A stretch of 21,665 nucleotides of DNA, from positions 1 to 21,665 of the forward strand of contig CBFIGT010000030.1 in NCBI GenBank assembly GCA_965662175.1. The letters are read 5' to 3'. Shown here piece after piece: positions 7,967 to 17,127 of this stretch. Source of the stretch: Arcobacter sp. GTDB taxonomy: Bacteria; Campylobacterota; Campylobacteria; Campylobacterales; Arcobacteraceae. Made by a program: the position numbers and the translations under genes. The notes under the pieces were generated by a model, which had not been told where the DNA came from, did no database searches, and was given only the letters and a program-made list of their open reading frames with translations. Numbering within the stretch: position 1 is the stretch's first letter; every line of letters begins with the position of its first letter.

Positions 7967-7968
7967 TT

Positions 7969-9453
7969 CTACTCAATATCTTTCCCAATCAAAATCGATT
8001 CAATCTCATCCATCAAATCATCTATTTCTGCATTGTTTAGTTTGATATTTTCAACCAACTCTATTGGAGATTTATGCTCTATTGTTTCATTCTTATTTGG
8101 ATTTTTTGCACTTATATCATAATCTTTAATATCATTTACATTTACAATCCAAGAGTTATCAGTGATTTTTCTCTCACCCCATATCTCTAAAAACTCTTCA
8201 AAATGACCGATGTTTATTGGTTTATTTTTTGTAAGTTTAGAGCTTGGATTTACCTCATAATAAAATATATCAGAAGTTGATCCATTTCTATCAAAGAAGA
8301 TTACATTTGTTTTTACACCACTATATGGTAAAAATACTCCACTTGGAAGTGATAAAATAGTATGAACATTAAATCCATCCAATAAATCTTTTTTTACAGC
8401 TTGAAAAGCATTATTTGTTTGAAATAATACACCCTCAGGAATTACAACACCACAACGACCTTGAAGTTTTAAACTTTTCATCATATGTTGCAAAAATAGT
8501 AACTCAGTAGCATTTGATTTGATTGGAAAATTTTGTTGGATTTGCTCTTTTTCTTTTCCACCAAATGGAGGATTTGCCAAGATACAATCATATTTATCTT
8601 TTTCCTCTAAACCTCGTATATCTCGTGTTAGAGTATTTGTTTTTGATATGTTTGGAGATTCTACTCCATGTAAAATCATATTCATCACACCCATTACATA
8701 AGATAATGGAGTTTTTTCATTTCCAAAAAAAGTATCTTCATTTAAAAATCGCAAGTTTTCTGTAGATAAATCTCGCTGAGTATTTGTTTCAAGATTTTCA
8801 TATCGAATATGGTTGTAAGCTTCGATTAAAAATCCACAACTACCAACTGCGGGATCATAAATTTTATCACCAATTTTAGGATTAACCACATCAGTAATCA
8901 CTTTGATAAGTGGACGAGGTGTATAAAACTCACCACTATTTCCACCATCACTACCCATATCTTTTAATAGTTTCTCATAAATAAGAGATAATTGATACAA
9001 ATCACTATTGTTATGAAAATCCATTTCATCTATGATGTCAAGGACTTCTCTAAGTGTGTGACCATTTGCAATTCTATTATCCAAAAACTCAAATATAGCA
9101 CCAATTTTGTATTTGATTGATTTTGGATCTTCTGTAATATTTTTAAAAGATTTAAGATAAGGAAAAAGCTCTTTATTTACAAACTCTAAAAGGTCATCTC
9201 CACTTTGAGCATTTAAAATATCCACTTTTCCATCAATTTTAGGAACAGCCCATAAACCCCATCTAAACTTTTCATCCAAAACAAAGTTATAAATCTCACC
9301 ATCTAACTGGGCATCTTCATTTTTTATCTCTTCTAAATCATTAAGGAATTTTAAAAAAAGTATCCAAGAGATTTGCTCTGTATAGTGCATCGCACCACTA
9401 ATACCATCATCTCTTCTTAGTATGTCTGTTATTCTGTTTATTTTTGATTCCAA
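7969..9453 (-). CDS. hsdM: Type I R-M N6-adenine methyltransferase subunit
   Basis: GEFYTPR, motif I DPAVGSCGF, motif IV NPPF, VIPEGVLF; TTG start with GAGG SD. Confidence 0.96.
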   Translation of the reverse strand: MESKINRITDILRRDDGISGAMHYTEQISWILFLKFLNDLEEIKNEDAQLDGEIYNFVLDEKFRWGLWAVPKIDGKVDILNAQSGDDLLEFVNKELFPYLKSFKNITEDPKSIKYKIGAIFEFLDNRIANGHTLREVLDIIDEMDFHNNSDLYQLSLIYEKLLKDMGSDGGNSGEFYTPRPLIKVITDVVNPKIGDKIYDPAVGSCGFLIEAYNHIRYENLETNTQRDLSTENLRFLNEDTFFGNEKTPLSYVMGVMNMILHGVESPNISKTNTLTRDIRGLEEKDKYDCILANPPFGGKEKEQIQQNFPIKSNATELLFLQHMMKSLKLQGRCGVVIPEGVLFQTNNAFQAVKKDLLDGFNVHTILSLPSGVFLPYSGVKTNVIFFDRNGSTSDIFYYEVNPSSKLTKNKPINIGHFEEFLEIWGERKITDNSWIVNVNDIKDYDISAKNPNKNETIEHKSPIELVENIKLNNAEIDDLMDEIESILIGKDIE

Positions 9454-9578
9454 TTATATTTCCTCTTTTTTCTATGGGTTAATTATTGTATTTTTTACGT
9501 ATAGTTTATACTGAAAATATTTAATTTTTTAATTTCTTTAGTATATTATCCAAATATATTTTACACATCAATTCTCTC

Positions 9579-10427
9579 TCAATATTCAATAAATCCCATA
9601 CTTTTTTTATCAATATTTGGATATTTATCAAACAAATCTTTTAACTCTTTTTTGAAGTTAAAACTATCATTTATCGCAGTTAAAACATAATCTGCCATCA
9701 TTGTAAAAGTGTAATATCTATCATTTATCATACCTTTGAACTCTTTTTTATGTCTTGGTATTTTTGTTTTAATTACAAATTGCCTATTCCATAACCTGCT
9801 ATGATGAGCTGATATATTTCTTACATACGAAAAAACATGAAGCCAATTTTTAAATACAAATGATGATAAATCTATACCATTAAGTATAAGTTTTTCAGTT
9901 TCTGGACAAAGCATAGTATAAAGTTTTGACAGTGTTCCAAAAGATATAGTTTCTACTACCATCCATATTGGTAAATCTTTTTGAGTATACTTATCTCTAA
10001 AGTGTTTTACAAAAGTTTCTTTTGATCTTTTTGTTTCTTTTTGCACATCAGAACAAAACCAATTAAAATCTTTGTCATTACAATAAAAATTTTTATTATC
10101 CATATATCCAAAAGGTGTATGCTCTTTTGCAAAATTATATGCTATTGAAGTTCTTAAAAATATTTCTATTTTTTCTATTGCACTAAATGTAAGTATTCGA
10201 AGCTCTTTATCAAAATGATAAAGCTCTATAACATCATCAAAAGTAGTACCATTAGTAAAAATATCTTTTTGAGAATAAAAAGGTATAAAATAAGCACTTA
10301 ATCTATAATAACTAATATGTTTTAATTTTTGCAAAGCATAATCTTCATCATTTATTATTAAGTTTCTATTTTTTAAAAGTTGGATTTGTTCATGATATGA
10401 TAAATGTGGTTTTTCGTAAGTAATCAT
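9579..10427 (-). CDS. Abi family protein (AbiD/AbiF, Abi_2-like HEPN RNase)
   Basis: KP.LSY.EQIQLLKNRNL, ISYYRLSAY, LY.FDKELR, IEKIEIFLR, LPIWMVVE.ISFG.LSKLY, HEPN RNISAH followed by HSRLWN; ATG 10427 with GGAG SD. Confidence 0.92.
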   Translation of the reverse strand: MITYEKPHLSYHEQIQLLKNRNLIINDEDYALQKLKHISYYRLSAYFIPFYSQKDIFTNGTTFDDVIELYHFDKELRILTFSAIEKIEIFLRTSIAYNFAKEHTPFGYMDNKNFYCNDKDFNWFCSDVQKETKRSKETFVKHFRDKYTQKDLPIWMVVETISFGTLSKLYTMLCPETEKLILNGIDLSSFVFKNWLHVFSYVRNISAHHSRLWNRQFVIKTKIPRHKKEFKGMINDRYYTFTMMADYVLTAINDSFNFKKELKDLFDKYPNIDKKSMGFIEY

Positions 10428-10431
10428 AAGC

Positions 10432-10469
10432 ACTCCCCCGTTTGCACTTTAGTAAGAGGTGGGGGAAGT
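10432..10469 (-). ncRNA. abiF-like leader RNA hairpin that sequesters the SD of the abi gene
   Basis: ACTTCCCCC-ACCTCTTACTAAAGTGCAAAC-GGGGGAGT, then GCTT-ATG; TATAAT on the minus strand at 10486-10481. Confidence 0.7.
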
Positions 10470-10518
10470 ATGTTAATTGGATTATAATATAATAAATCTT
10501 GTTTTTTGTTTAAAAACT

Positions 10519-12909
10519 TCATCTATAAATCTCCCTCTGTAATCCAAAATACTCATCTCTAATATTATAATCCCCAAAAGATTGTCTTAACTCACTTCTA
10601 TCAAATCCACTTAGTTTTACCAAATCACTTAGTTTATCTTCATCCAACTCTTTAACCCCATCTTTTTTATATCGTTCTAGGATAAACTCTATAAACTCTT
10701 TTGCTTTTTCATTATGATATTTTTCCACAAAAGTAGAGCTTTCAACAGCTATTACTCTTTCACTTCTTGTTTTTATATCTAGATTAAAAGATATATGAGC
10801 TAATACATCATAAATATCTGAATTTTGAGCTTCAAATATCTCTTTTAAATCTTCTAGTTGAGATTCATCTATATTCATCTCTCTTAGTCTATTTAGTAAA
10901 TCTTTTCTATTTTTTGGACTGCTCCATATCTCTCTTAAACCTTGTTCGTCATTGTAAAATTTACCTAAAATACCAATCAACAACTCTAAGTATTCATTTG
11001 TTTTAAGTGGTTTTCCATCATCTCCCACATAAGTAGTTTCTATGTTTATTACTTTTAGTTTTTTACCTTTTATGTCTATTGTTACTTTTTCATTTTTTTG
11101 TTTTTCATCTGAGGTTTTAGCTTCATATTCGCCATTTATATCACTTACAATATCCTCTTGATTATCTTCCAATTCATAATCATTTGTATTGGCTTTATCT
11201 TTATCAAGTTCAGTATCTGTAGCTATAATATCTTCAATATCCTCTTTTAATTTATCTTTGTTATCATCCCATTCTTTATCATAAAACAGATTTGTAGCTC
11301 CTACAAAGTCGATAATTGTAAAGAAATCTTTTCCCTCAAATACTCTTGTACCTCGACCTATGATTTGTTTGAATTCTGTCATTGATTTAATAGGAGATGT
11401 TAATACTACAGTTCTTACATTTTTTGCATCAACCCCTGTTGTTAGCATCTTTGAGCTTGTTAGTATTGTAGGGATATCTTTATCATTGTTTTGAAAATCT
11501 TCTAAAAAGCCTCTTCCAATTTCACCTTCATCAGATGTTACTCGGACACAATAGTTATTGTCTTTGATAGTTTTATATTTATCAATTGCAATTTTCATTT
11601 CTGATGCGTGTTGTTGATTTACACAAAATACAATAGTTTTATCCATTGGGTTTATATTGTTTAATATGGTTTTTGCTATTAATCTTGTTCTTTTAGGAAT
11701 AATTACTTGTTTTTCAAACTGTTCTAGTTTTACAATGTTCTCTTTTAATTCACCTGTTATTATGTCATTTGGGTCAAATTTATATTCATCTATATTTGTT
11801 TGAACTCTTTTTACTTTGTAAGGAGTTAAAAATCCATCATTGATACCATCTTTTAGGGAGTATTCATATATAGGATCACCAAAGTATTTATAAGTGTCTC
11901 CATTGTCATCTCTTTTTGGTGTTGCTGTTAACCCTACATGTACAGCACTATCAAAGTGTTCAAGTATCTTTCTCCAAGAGCTTTCATCATTTGCACTACC
12001 TCTATGACACTCATCTATTACAACTAAATCAAAAAACTCTTTTGGGTATTGTCTATAGTATCCACTTACATCATCTTGTGCTTCATCTTCTGATACCTCA
12101 ACTACTCTATTTTTATTATCAGCAATTGATTGATATATTGCAAAAAATACATTGGCATTGGTTGGAACTTTTCCATCTCTTTTTTTAATCTCTTTCCCTG
12201 TAATTTCAACTATATCTTTTTCCATAGGATTAAATTGATTTATGGCTTGAGATTTTAATACATTTCTATCAGCTAAAAAGAGTACTTTAGGTCGTCTGTC
12301 ACTATTATCTTTGTTCCATTTTGCTTGAAATAATCTATATACAATCTGAAATGCTATATATGTTTTTCCTGTACCTGTTGCTAGAGTTAAAAGAACTCTA
12401 TCTTTGTTGTTAGCTATTGCTTCAATTGTTTTTTGTACAGCTATTTGCTGATAAAAACGAGGTTTCATATTTCCCTCAATATGAAAGGGATATGTAATTA
12501 CATTTTCTTTTTTATTTTCAAGTTTTCCAAACTTTCTTTCAAATAATTCTTGAGGTCTTGGATATGACTCTATCCATTTACCTTTTCCCTCAATTAAAGA
12601 GTGTTCATATATCTTTAAACCATTTGTTGAGTATACAAAATCAATTTTTAGTTTTTGGGCATAGTTTATTGATTGTTGAAGTCCATCTAGTGGGTCTTTA
12701 GTATCTGCTTTTGCTTCAATAATTGCTAAGTTAGTATTTTTGTAAGTTAAAAGATAATCCACAAAATATCTTTTACCTCTTTTGTTACCTATAAGTTTTC
12801 TACCATCTGTAAAATAGTATTCTCTAACAATAAGGTTTTCACTCCATCCATCACTATATAAGCAAGGAGTAATTAATTTTGCTTTTGTATCTGCTTCACT
12901 ATAAGCCAT
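10519..12909 (-). CDS. hsdR: Type I restriction subunit R, EcoAI/EcoEI-like
   Basis: SEADT start, VDYLL...IIEAK nuclease motif, LATGTGKT, DECHR, GLTATP, QIIGRGTR. Confidence 0.96.
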   Translation of the reverse strand: MAYSEADTKAKLITPCLYSDGWSENLIVREYYFTDGRKLIGNKRGKRYFVDYLLTYKNTNLAIIEAKADTKDPLDGLQQSINYAQKLKIDFVYSTNGLKIYEHSLIEGKGKWIESYPRPQELFERKFGKLENKKENVITYPFHIEGNMKPRFYQQIAVQKTIEAIANNKDRVLLTLATGTGKTYIAFQIVYRLFQAKWNKDNSDRRPKVLFLADRNVLKSQAINQFNPMEKDIVEITGKEIKKRDGKVPTNANVFFAIYQSIADNKNRVVEVSEDEAQDDVSGYYRQYPKEFFDLVVIDECHRGSANDESSWRKILEHFDSAVHVGLTATPKRDDNGDTYKYFGDPIYEYSLKDGINDGFLTPYKVKRVQTNIDEYKFDPNDIITGELKENIVKLEQFEKQVIIPKRTRLIAKTILNNINPMDKTIVFCVNQQHASEMKIAIDKYKTIKDNNYCVRVTSDEGEIGRGFLEDFQNNDKDIPTILTSSKMLTTGVDAKNVRTVVLTSPIKSMTEFKQIIGRGTRVFEGKDFFTIIDFVGATNLFYDKEWDDNKDKLKEDIEDIIATDTELDKDKANTNDYELEDNQEDIVSDINGEYEAKTSDEKQKNEKVTIDIKGKKLKVINIETTYVGDDGKPLKTNEYLELLIGILGKFYNDEQGLREIWSSPKNRKDLLNRLREMNIDESQLEDLKEIFEAQNSDIYDVLAHISFNLDIKTRSERVIAVESSTFVEKYHNEKAKEFIEFILERYKKDGVKELDEDKLSDLVKLSGFDRSELRQSFGDYNIRDEYFGLQREIYR

Positions 12910-13022
12910 AACATACCTATCATTTTATAATTTAAACTATTTTATCTAAAAATATATTTAATTGTTATTTTTTTCTCTTTAGTGATTTTATTATATTCAA
13001 AATCTAAAATAAATTTATAAAG

Positions 13023-13060
13023 ATTTACTTTCCATTTACTTTAAAACTATACTATATGAT
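13023..13060 (+). promoter_or_regulatory. Tandem direct repeat ATTTACTTT x2 (11-bp period) and -10 TATGAT upstream of the EF-hand gene
   Basis: Copies at 13023-13031 and 13034-13042; TATGAT at 13055-13060. Confidence 0.45.
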
Positions 13061-13095
13061 AAGTAGAATTCTAATACTAAAAGAAAGGAGATATT

Positions 13096-13992
13096 ATGAT
13101 TGATAGTGTAAGTATGGGTATCATGGCAAATTATGTTCAGCCTAGTTCAAGTACTATGGCGAATCATATGATATCAAAAAAAGATAGTGATTCTGACTCA
13201 AATTTAACTATTGAGGAAATGGGTATAAACGAAGAGAATTTCTCTTTGATTGATACTAATTTAGATGGCTTAGCTAGTGAGTCTGAATTAACAAGTGCTA
13301 TAAATATAGCAATGTCACAATTTAATGGCGATATGCCATCAAAAGAGGAGTTTCAATCAATCCTTTCAGATTTTGGATTTGAAGCTCCCTCAAGTACTAA
13401 TACAAATTCAAGTAGTAGTTTAAGTTCATCACAATTGGAGACTATTTCTTCTGTTTTAGAAGAGTATGATGCTGATAATTTGAGTAAAAGTGATGCCCAA
13501 GAGATTGTAGCAGCTTTTAAAGAAGCAGGTATTAATCCATCATCAGAACTTGAATCGGCTATGGAAGATGCAGGTTTTAGTGCTCAAGAGGTAGGAACTC
13601 TAGCTGGAGTTGGTCCACAAGCTGGAGCTGCACCACAAGGTGGTGGTGGCGGACAAGGTGGAGGTGGTGGTGCTATGGCATCATCTGAAGAGGAAGAAGA
13701 GTATGACACAATGGATACAAATCAAGATGGTATAGTTTCCATTGATGAAATTCAAGAGTATTATGGAATTTCAGATTCAGAAGATTCTACAACAGTATCT
13801 AAAAACGAGCAAAATACATTAGATAACTTACAACTTCTAATGGAAATATTAAAATCAAATAATGAGGGTGGTTCTATTGATAGTAAAAGTTTTGATGGAA
13901 TTTTAAAAACAATTAACAATCAAAACAATAACTCAGAAATAAATGCTTACCTTCAAAACTCAAACTCAAGCTCTTTATTTAGCTACGCATAA
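13096..13992 (+). CDS. Acidic low-complexity EF-hand-like (Ca-binding) protein
   Basis: Loops DSDSDSNLTIEE, DTNLDGLASESE and DTNQDGIVSIDE; Gly-rich linker; AAGGAG SD. Confidence 0.8.
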   Translation: MIDSVSMGIMANYVQPSSSTMANHMISKKDSDSDSNLTIEEMGINEENFSLIDTNLDGLASESELTSAINIAMSQFNGDMPSKEEFQSILSDFGFEAPSSTNTNSSSSLSSSQLETISSVLEEYDADNLSKSDAQEIVAAFKEAGINPSSELESAMEDAGFSAQEVGTLAGVGPQAGAAPQGGGGGQGGGGGAMASSEEEEEYDTMDTNQDGIVSIDEIQEYYGISDSEDSTTVSKNEQNTLDNLQLLMEILKSNNEGGSIDSKSFDGILKTINNQNNNSEINAYLQNSNSSSLFSYA

Positions 13993-14004
13993 TCTGCGTA
14001 GCTA
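13980..14004 (+). terminator. Hairpin overlapping the stop codon of the EF-hand gene
   Basis: TAGCTACGCA-TAATC-TGCGTAGCTA, 10-bp perfect stem; weak U-tract. Confidence 0.6.
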
Positions 14005-14140
14005 TAATTAATCCAATCTACAAATTTTACACAAAATCCAATTTTCTAACTATCTTTTTATAACTAAAACTTATAATATTATTAACAATTAATTAACATT
14101 TCTTATAATATAATCCAATAAAATTAAAAAGAATTATAAG

Positions 14141-14350
14141 ATGAACAAATATATTAATATAATAAATTTTTATAAAGATGGCTTTAAAAACCTAACTTTG
14201 GGAAGAGTTTTATGGAAAATAATATTCATAAAACTAATAGTGATTTTGATAATACTAAATTTTTTTATTTATGATAAATCAATAAATACAGAATATAAAA
14301 CAGAAAATCAAAAGATTGATTTTGTATATAAAAATATCACAAAGGAGTAA
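14141..14350 (+). CDS. DUF4492-like small membrane protein
   Basis: FYKDGFKNLTLGRVLWKIIFIKL pattern, one TM helix, directly upstream of cydA. Confidence 0.85.
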   Translation: MNKYINIINFYKDGFKNLTLGRVLWKIIFIKLIVILIILNFFIYDKSINTEYKTENQKIDFVYKNITKE

Positions 14351-14352
14351 AT

Positions 14353-15879
14353 ATGGAAGAGCATTTAGTTGATTGGTCTAGGGCACAATTTGCATTAACA
14401 GCTATTTATCATTGGTTATTTGTACCTTTAACCCTTGGACTTGGATTTATATTAGCAATAATGGAAACTATTTATGTAAAGACAGGTGATGAGTTTTGGA
14501 AAAAAACTACAAAGTTTTGGATGGGTCTTTTTGCTATTAATTTTGCAATTGGAGTTGCAACTGGAATTATTATGGAGTTTGAGTTTGGTACAAATTGGGC
14601 GAACTACTCTTGGTTTGTAGGGGATATTTTTGGGGCACCTTTAGCGATTGAGGGTATTTTAGCCTTTTTTATGGAATCAACTTTTTTTGCAGTTATGTTT
14701 TTTGGATGGGACAAGGTATCAAAAGGTTTTCATCTTTTATCAACTTGGTTAGTAGCTATTGGTTCAAACTTGAGTGCCTTATGGATATTAGTTGCAAATG
14801 GTTGGATGCAATATCCTGTAGGTATGACTTTTAATCCTGATACAGTAAGAAATGAGATGAATAACTTTTGGGAAGTGATTTTCTCACCTGTTGCAATAAG
14901 TAAATTTTTACACACTATTTCAAGTGGATATATTGTGGCTTCTTTATTTGTAGTTGGTATTAGTGCTTGGTATTTACTTAAAAAAAGAGATATTAAATTT
15001 GCTAAAAATTCTTTAGTAGTTGGTGCTTCTTTTGGTCTTATTACATCACTATTTCTTATTTTATCAGGTGATGAATCAGCCCATCAAGTTGCACTAAAAC
15101 AGCCTGTAAAACTAGCTGCTATGGAGGGTTTATATGAGGGAAAAGAGCGTGCTGGTATTGTAGGAATTGGTGTTTTAAATCCTAAAAAAACATTAGACAA
15201 TGATGAAGAGGTTTTTTTCTTTGAACTTGAAGCTCCTTATGCTTTGTCATTTTTGGGATATCATGATATAAATGCCTTTGTTCCTGGACTAAAAGATTTA
15301 ATCTATGGAAACAAACAATACAACATTGAATCAACTTTTTCAAAAATGGAAAAAGGAAAAATAGCTGTTGATGCACTAAAAAAATATAAAGAAGCAAAAA
15401 GAGAAAATGATATTGAAAAAGCTTTAAAATATCAAAAAATATTAGAAGAAAATATGAAATATTTTGGATATGGACATATTAAAAATGCCCAAGATGTTAT
15501 TCCTCCAATTGATATAACTTTTTATACATTTCACATAATGGTAGCCCTTGGAACTTGGTTTTTAATTCTTTTTGCACTTATACTTTTCTTTACACTAAAA
15601 AGAGATATTTTAAAATATAGAGTACTTTTACTTAGTGCTGTTTTTTCGATTCCTTTAGGATATATAGCAAGTGAAGCTGGTTGGATTGTAGCTGAAGTTG
15701 GAAGGCAACCTTGGGCAATACAAGATTTAATGCCTGTAGGAATTGCTGTTACAAATATAGCTACATCAAATGTACAGACAACTTTTTTTATGTTTGCATC
15801 TTTATTTACAATTCTTTTAATTGCTGAAATAAAAATCATGCTAAAACAGATAAAAATCGGTCCAAATGGAGGTCATTAA
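14353..15879 (+). CDS. cydA: Cytochrome bd ubiquinol oxidase subunit I
   Basis: SRAQFA..A.YHWLFVPLTLG, EFEFGTNW, KFLHT, QPVKLAAMEG, FHIMV, EVGRQPW. Confidence 0.97.
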   Translation: MEEHLVDWSRAQFALTAIYHWLFVPLTLGLGFILAIMETIYVKTGDEFWKKTTKFWMGLFAINFAIGVATGIIMEFEFGTNWANYSWFVGDIFGAPLAIEGILAFFMESTFFAVMFFGWDKVSKGFHLLSTWLVAIGSNLSALWILVANGWMQYPVGMTFNPDTVRNEMNNFWEVIFSPVAISKFLHTISSGYIVASLFVVGISAWYLLKKRDIKFAKNSLVVGASFGLITSLFLILSGDESAHQVALKQPVKLAAMEGLYEGKERAGIVGIGVLNPKKTLDNDEEVFFFELEAPYALSFLGYHDINAFVPGLKDLIYGNKQYNIESTFSKMEKGKIAVDALKKYKEAKRENDIEKALKYQKILEENMKYFGYGHIKNAQDVIPPIDITFYTFHIMVALGTWFLILFALILFFTLKRDILKYRVLLLSAVFSIPLGYIASEAGWIVAEVGRQPWAIQDLMPVGIAVTNIATSNVQTTFFMFASLFTILLIAEIKIMLKQIKIGPNGGH

Positions 15880-15880
15880 A

Positions 15881-17014
15881 ATGTTTGAAGAGTTAACACT
15901 ATTACAACTACAACAATATTGGTGGATTATAATTTCACTTCTTGGAGGACTTTTTGCTTTTATTATGTTTGTTCAAGGTGGACAAACATTAATAGGTGAA
16001 ATCTCAAAAGGGGATGAAACCTTAAAAACAATGCTAATAAACTCATTAGGAAGAAAGTGGGAGTTAGGTTTTACAACTTTAGTTTTATTTGGTGGAGCAC
16101 TTTTTGCTGCTTTTCCCCTCTTTTATTCTACTAGTTTTGGTGGAGCTTATTGGGTTTGGATTAGTATATTATTTTGTTTTATTATACAAGCTGTCTCTTA
16201 TGAATATAGAAAAAAACCAAATAATTTTTTAGGTCAAAAAGTTTATGAGGCATTTTTATTTATAAATGGAAGTTTGGGAGTTATATTATTAGGTGTTGCT
16301 ATTGCTACATTTTTTTCAGGTTCATCATTTAGTATAGATGAAAATAACTTCTCATATTGGCATAATGAGTTTAGAGGTCTTGAAGCACTAATTAATCCTT
16401 TTAATTTATCATTAGGTTTTGCCCTGTTTTTTCTTGTAAGAATCTCAGGTGCTTTATATTTTATAAATAATATTAACAATGAAATAATTAGATTAAGAGC
16501 CATAAAAAGTATAAAAATAGATATGCTACTCTTTTTATTTTTCTTTCTATTTTTTCTAATTCAACTATTTTTAAAAGATGGATTTGCTTATGATGCAAAT
16601 GGTGTAGTTTATATGCAAGAGTATAAATACTTCTTAAACTTTTTGGAACTTCCTTTTGTACTATTTATGTTTTTACTTGGAATTTTGATGGTTATTATTG
16701 CTGTATTTTTAACTATACATTTTGGAAAAACTTGTTGTATAAAAACAGGAGGAGTTGGAATAGTTTTAACAGTTATGGCACTATTTTTAAATGTTGGACT
16801 AAATAACACATCTTTTTATCCCTCATATTACGATTTGCAAAGTTCCCTTACAATTGTAAATAGTTCAGGAAGTCACTATACACTTACAACTATGTCTTAT
16901 GTTTCTCTTATGGTTCCTTTTGTTTTGGCCTATATTATTTATGTTTGGTATCAAATGGATAAGGTAAAAATAACAAAAGAGGAGATTGAATCTCCTGATG
17001 CACACAACTACTAA
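15881..17014 (+). CDS. cydB: Cytochrome bd ubiquinol oxidase subunit II
   Basis: GRKWE..FTTLVLFGGALFAAFP.FY, SLTI.NSSGS.YTL..M; start at ATG 15881 preferred (GGAGG SD at 15868-15872). Confidence 0.95.
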   Translation: MFEELTLLQLQQYWWIIISLLGGLFAFIMFVQGGQTLIGEISKGDETLKTMLINSLGRKWELGFTTLVLFGGALFAAFPLFYSTSFGGAYWVWISILFCFIIQAVSYEYRKKPNNFLGQKVYEAFLFINGSLGVILLGVAIATFFSGSSFSIDENNFSYWHNEFRGLEALINPFNLSLGFALFFLVRISGALYFINNINNEIIRLRAIKSIKIDMLLFLFFFLFFLIQLFLKDGFAYDANGVVYMQEYKYFLNFLELPFVLFMFLLGILMVIIAVFLTIHFGKTCCIKTGGVGIVLTVMALFLNVGLNNTSFYPSYYDLQSSLTIVNSSGSHYTLTTMSYVSLMVPFVLAYIIYVWYQMDKVKITKEEIESPDAHNY

Positions 17015-17023
17015 GGATATAAA

Positions 17024-17125
17024 ATGCAATATTTTGAACCAATTTTATGGCTTTTATCTTGGCCTTTAGTTATATATATCTCATATATAACTATTCAATA
17101 TAATATAAAAAAATTAAAGGATTAA
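17024..17125 (+). CDS. 33-aa single-TM protein, probable cytochrome bd small subunit (CydX/CydS-like)
   Basis: MQYFEPILWLLSWPLVIYISYITIQYNIKKLKD*; AAGGA SD; fills the gap between cydB and the next gene; not in the ORF track. Confidence 0.8.
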   Translation: MQYFEPILWLLSWPLVIYISYITIQYNIKKLKD

Positions 17126-17127
17126 AA

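Noticed and set aside
7855..12188. Short + strand ORFs 7855-8040, 8519-8701, 8523-8765 and 11916-12188
   Set aside because: Antisense shadows of hsdM and hsdR.
6480..12960. Similar ATCTAAAA(A)TATA sequences on both sides of the R-M locus as target-site duplication
   Set aside because: Short, imperfect and AT-only; better explained as promoter regions of minus-strand genes.
14081..14098. ATTAACA repeated at 11-bp spacing upstream of the cyd operon
   Set aside because: Could be a response-regulator box, but the region is almost all A/T so chance cannot be excluded.
15866..15880. Earlier cydB start at 15866
   Set aside because: Overlaps the cydA end; the GGAGG inside it is the SD for ATG 15881.
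14730..16809. Short - strand ORFs within cydA and cydB
   Set aside because: Antisense shadows of membrane-protein genes.
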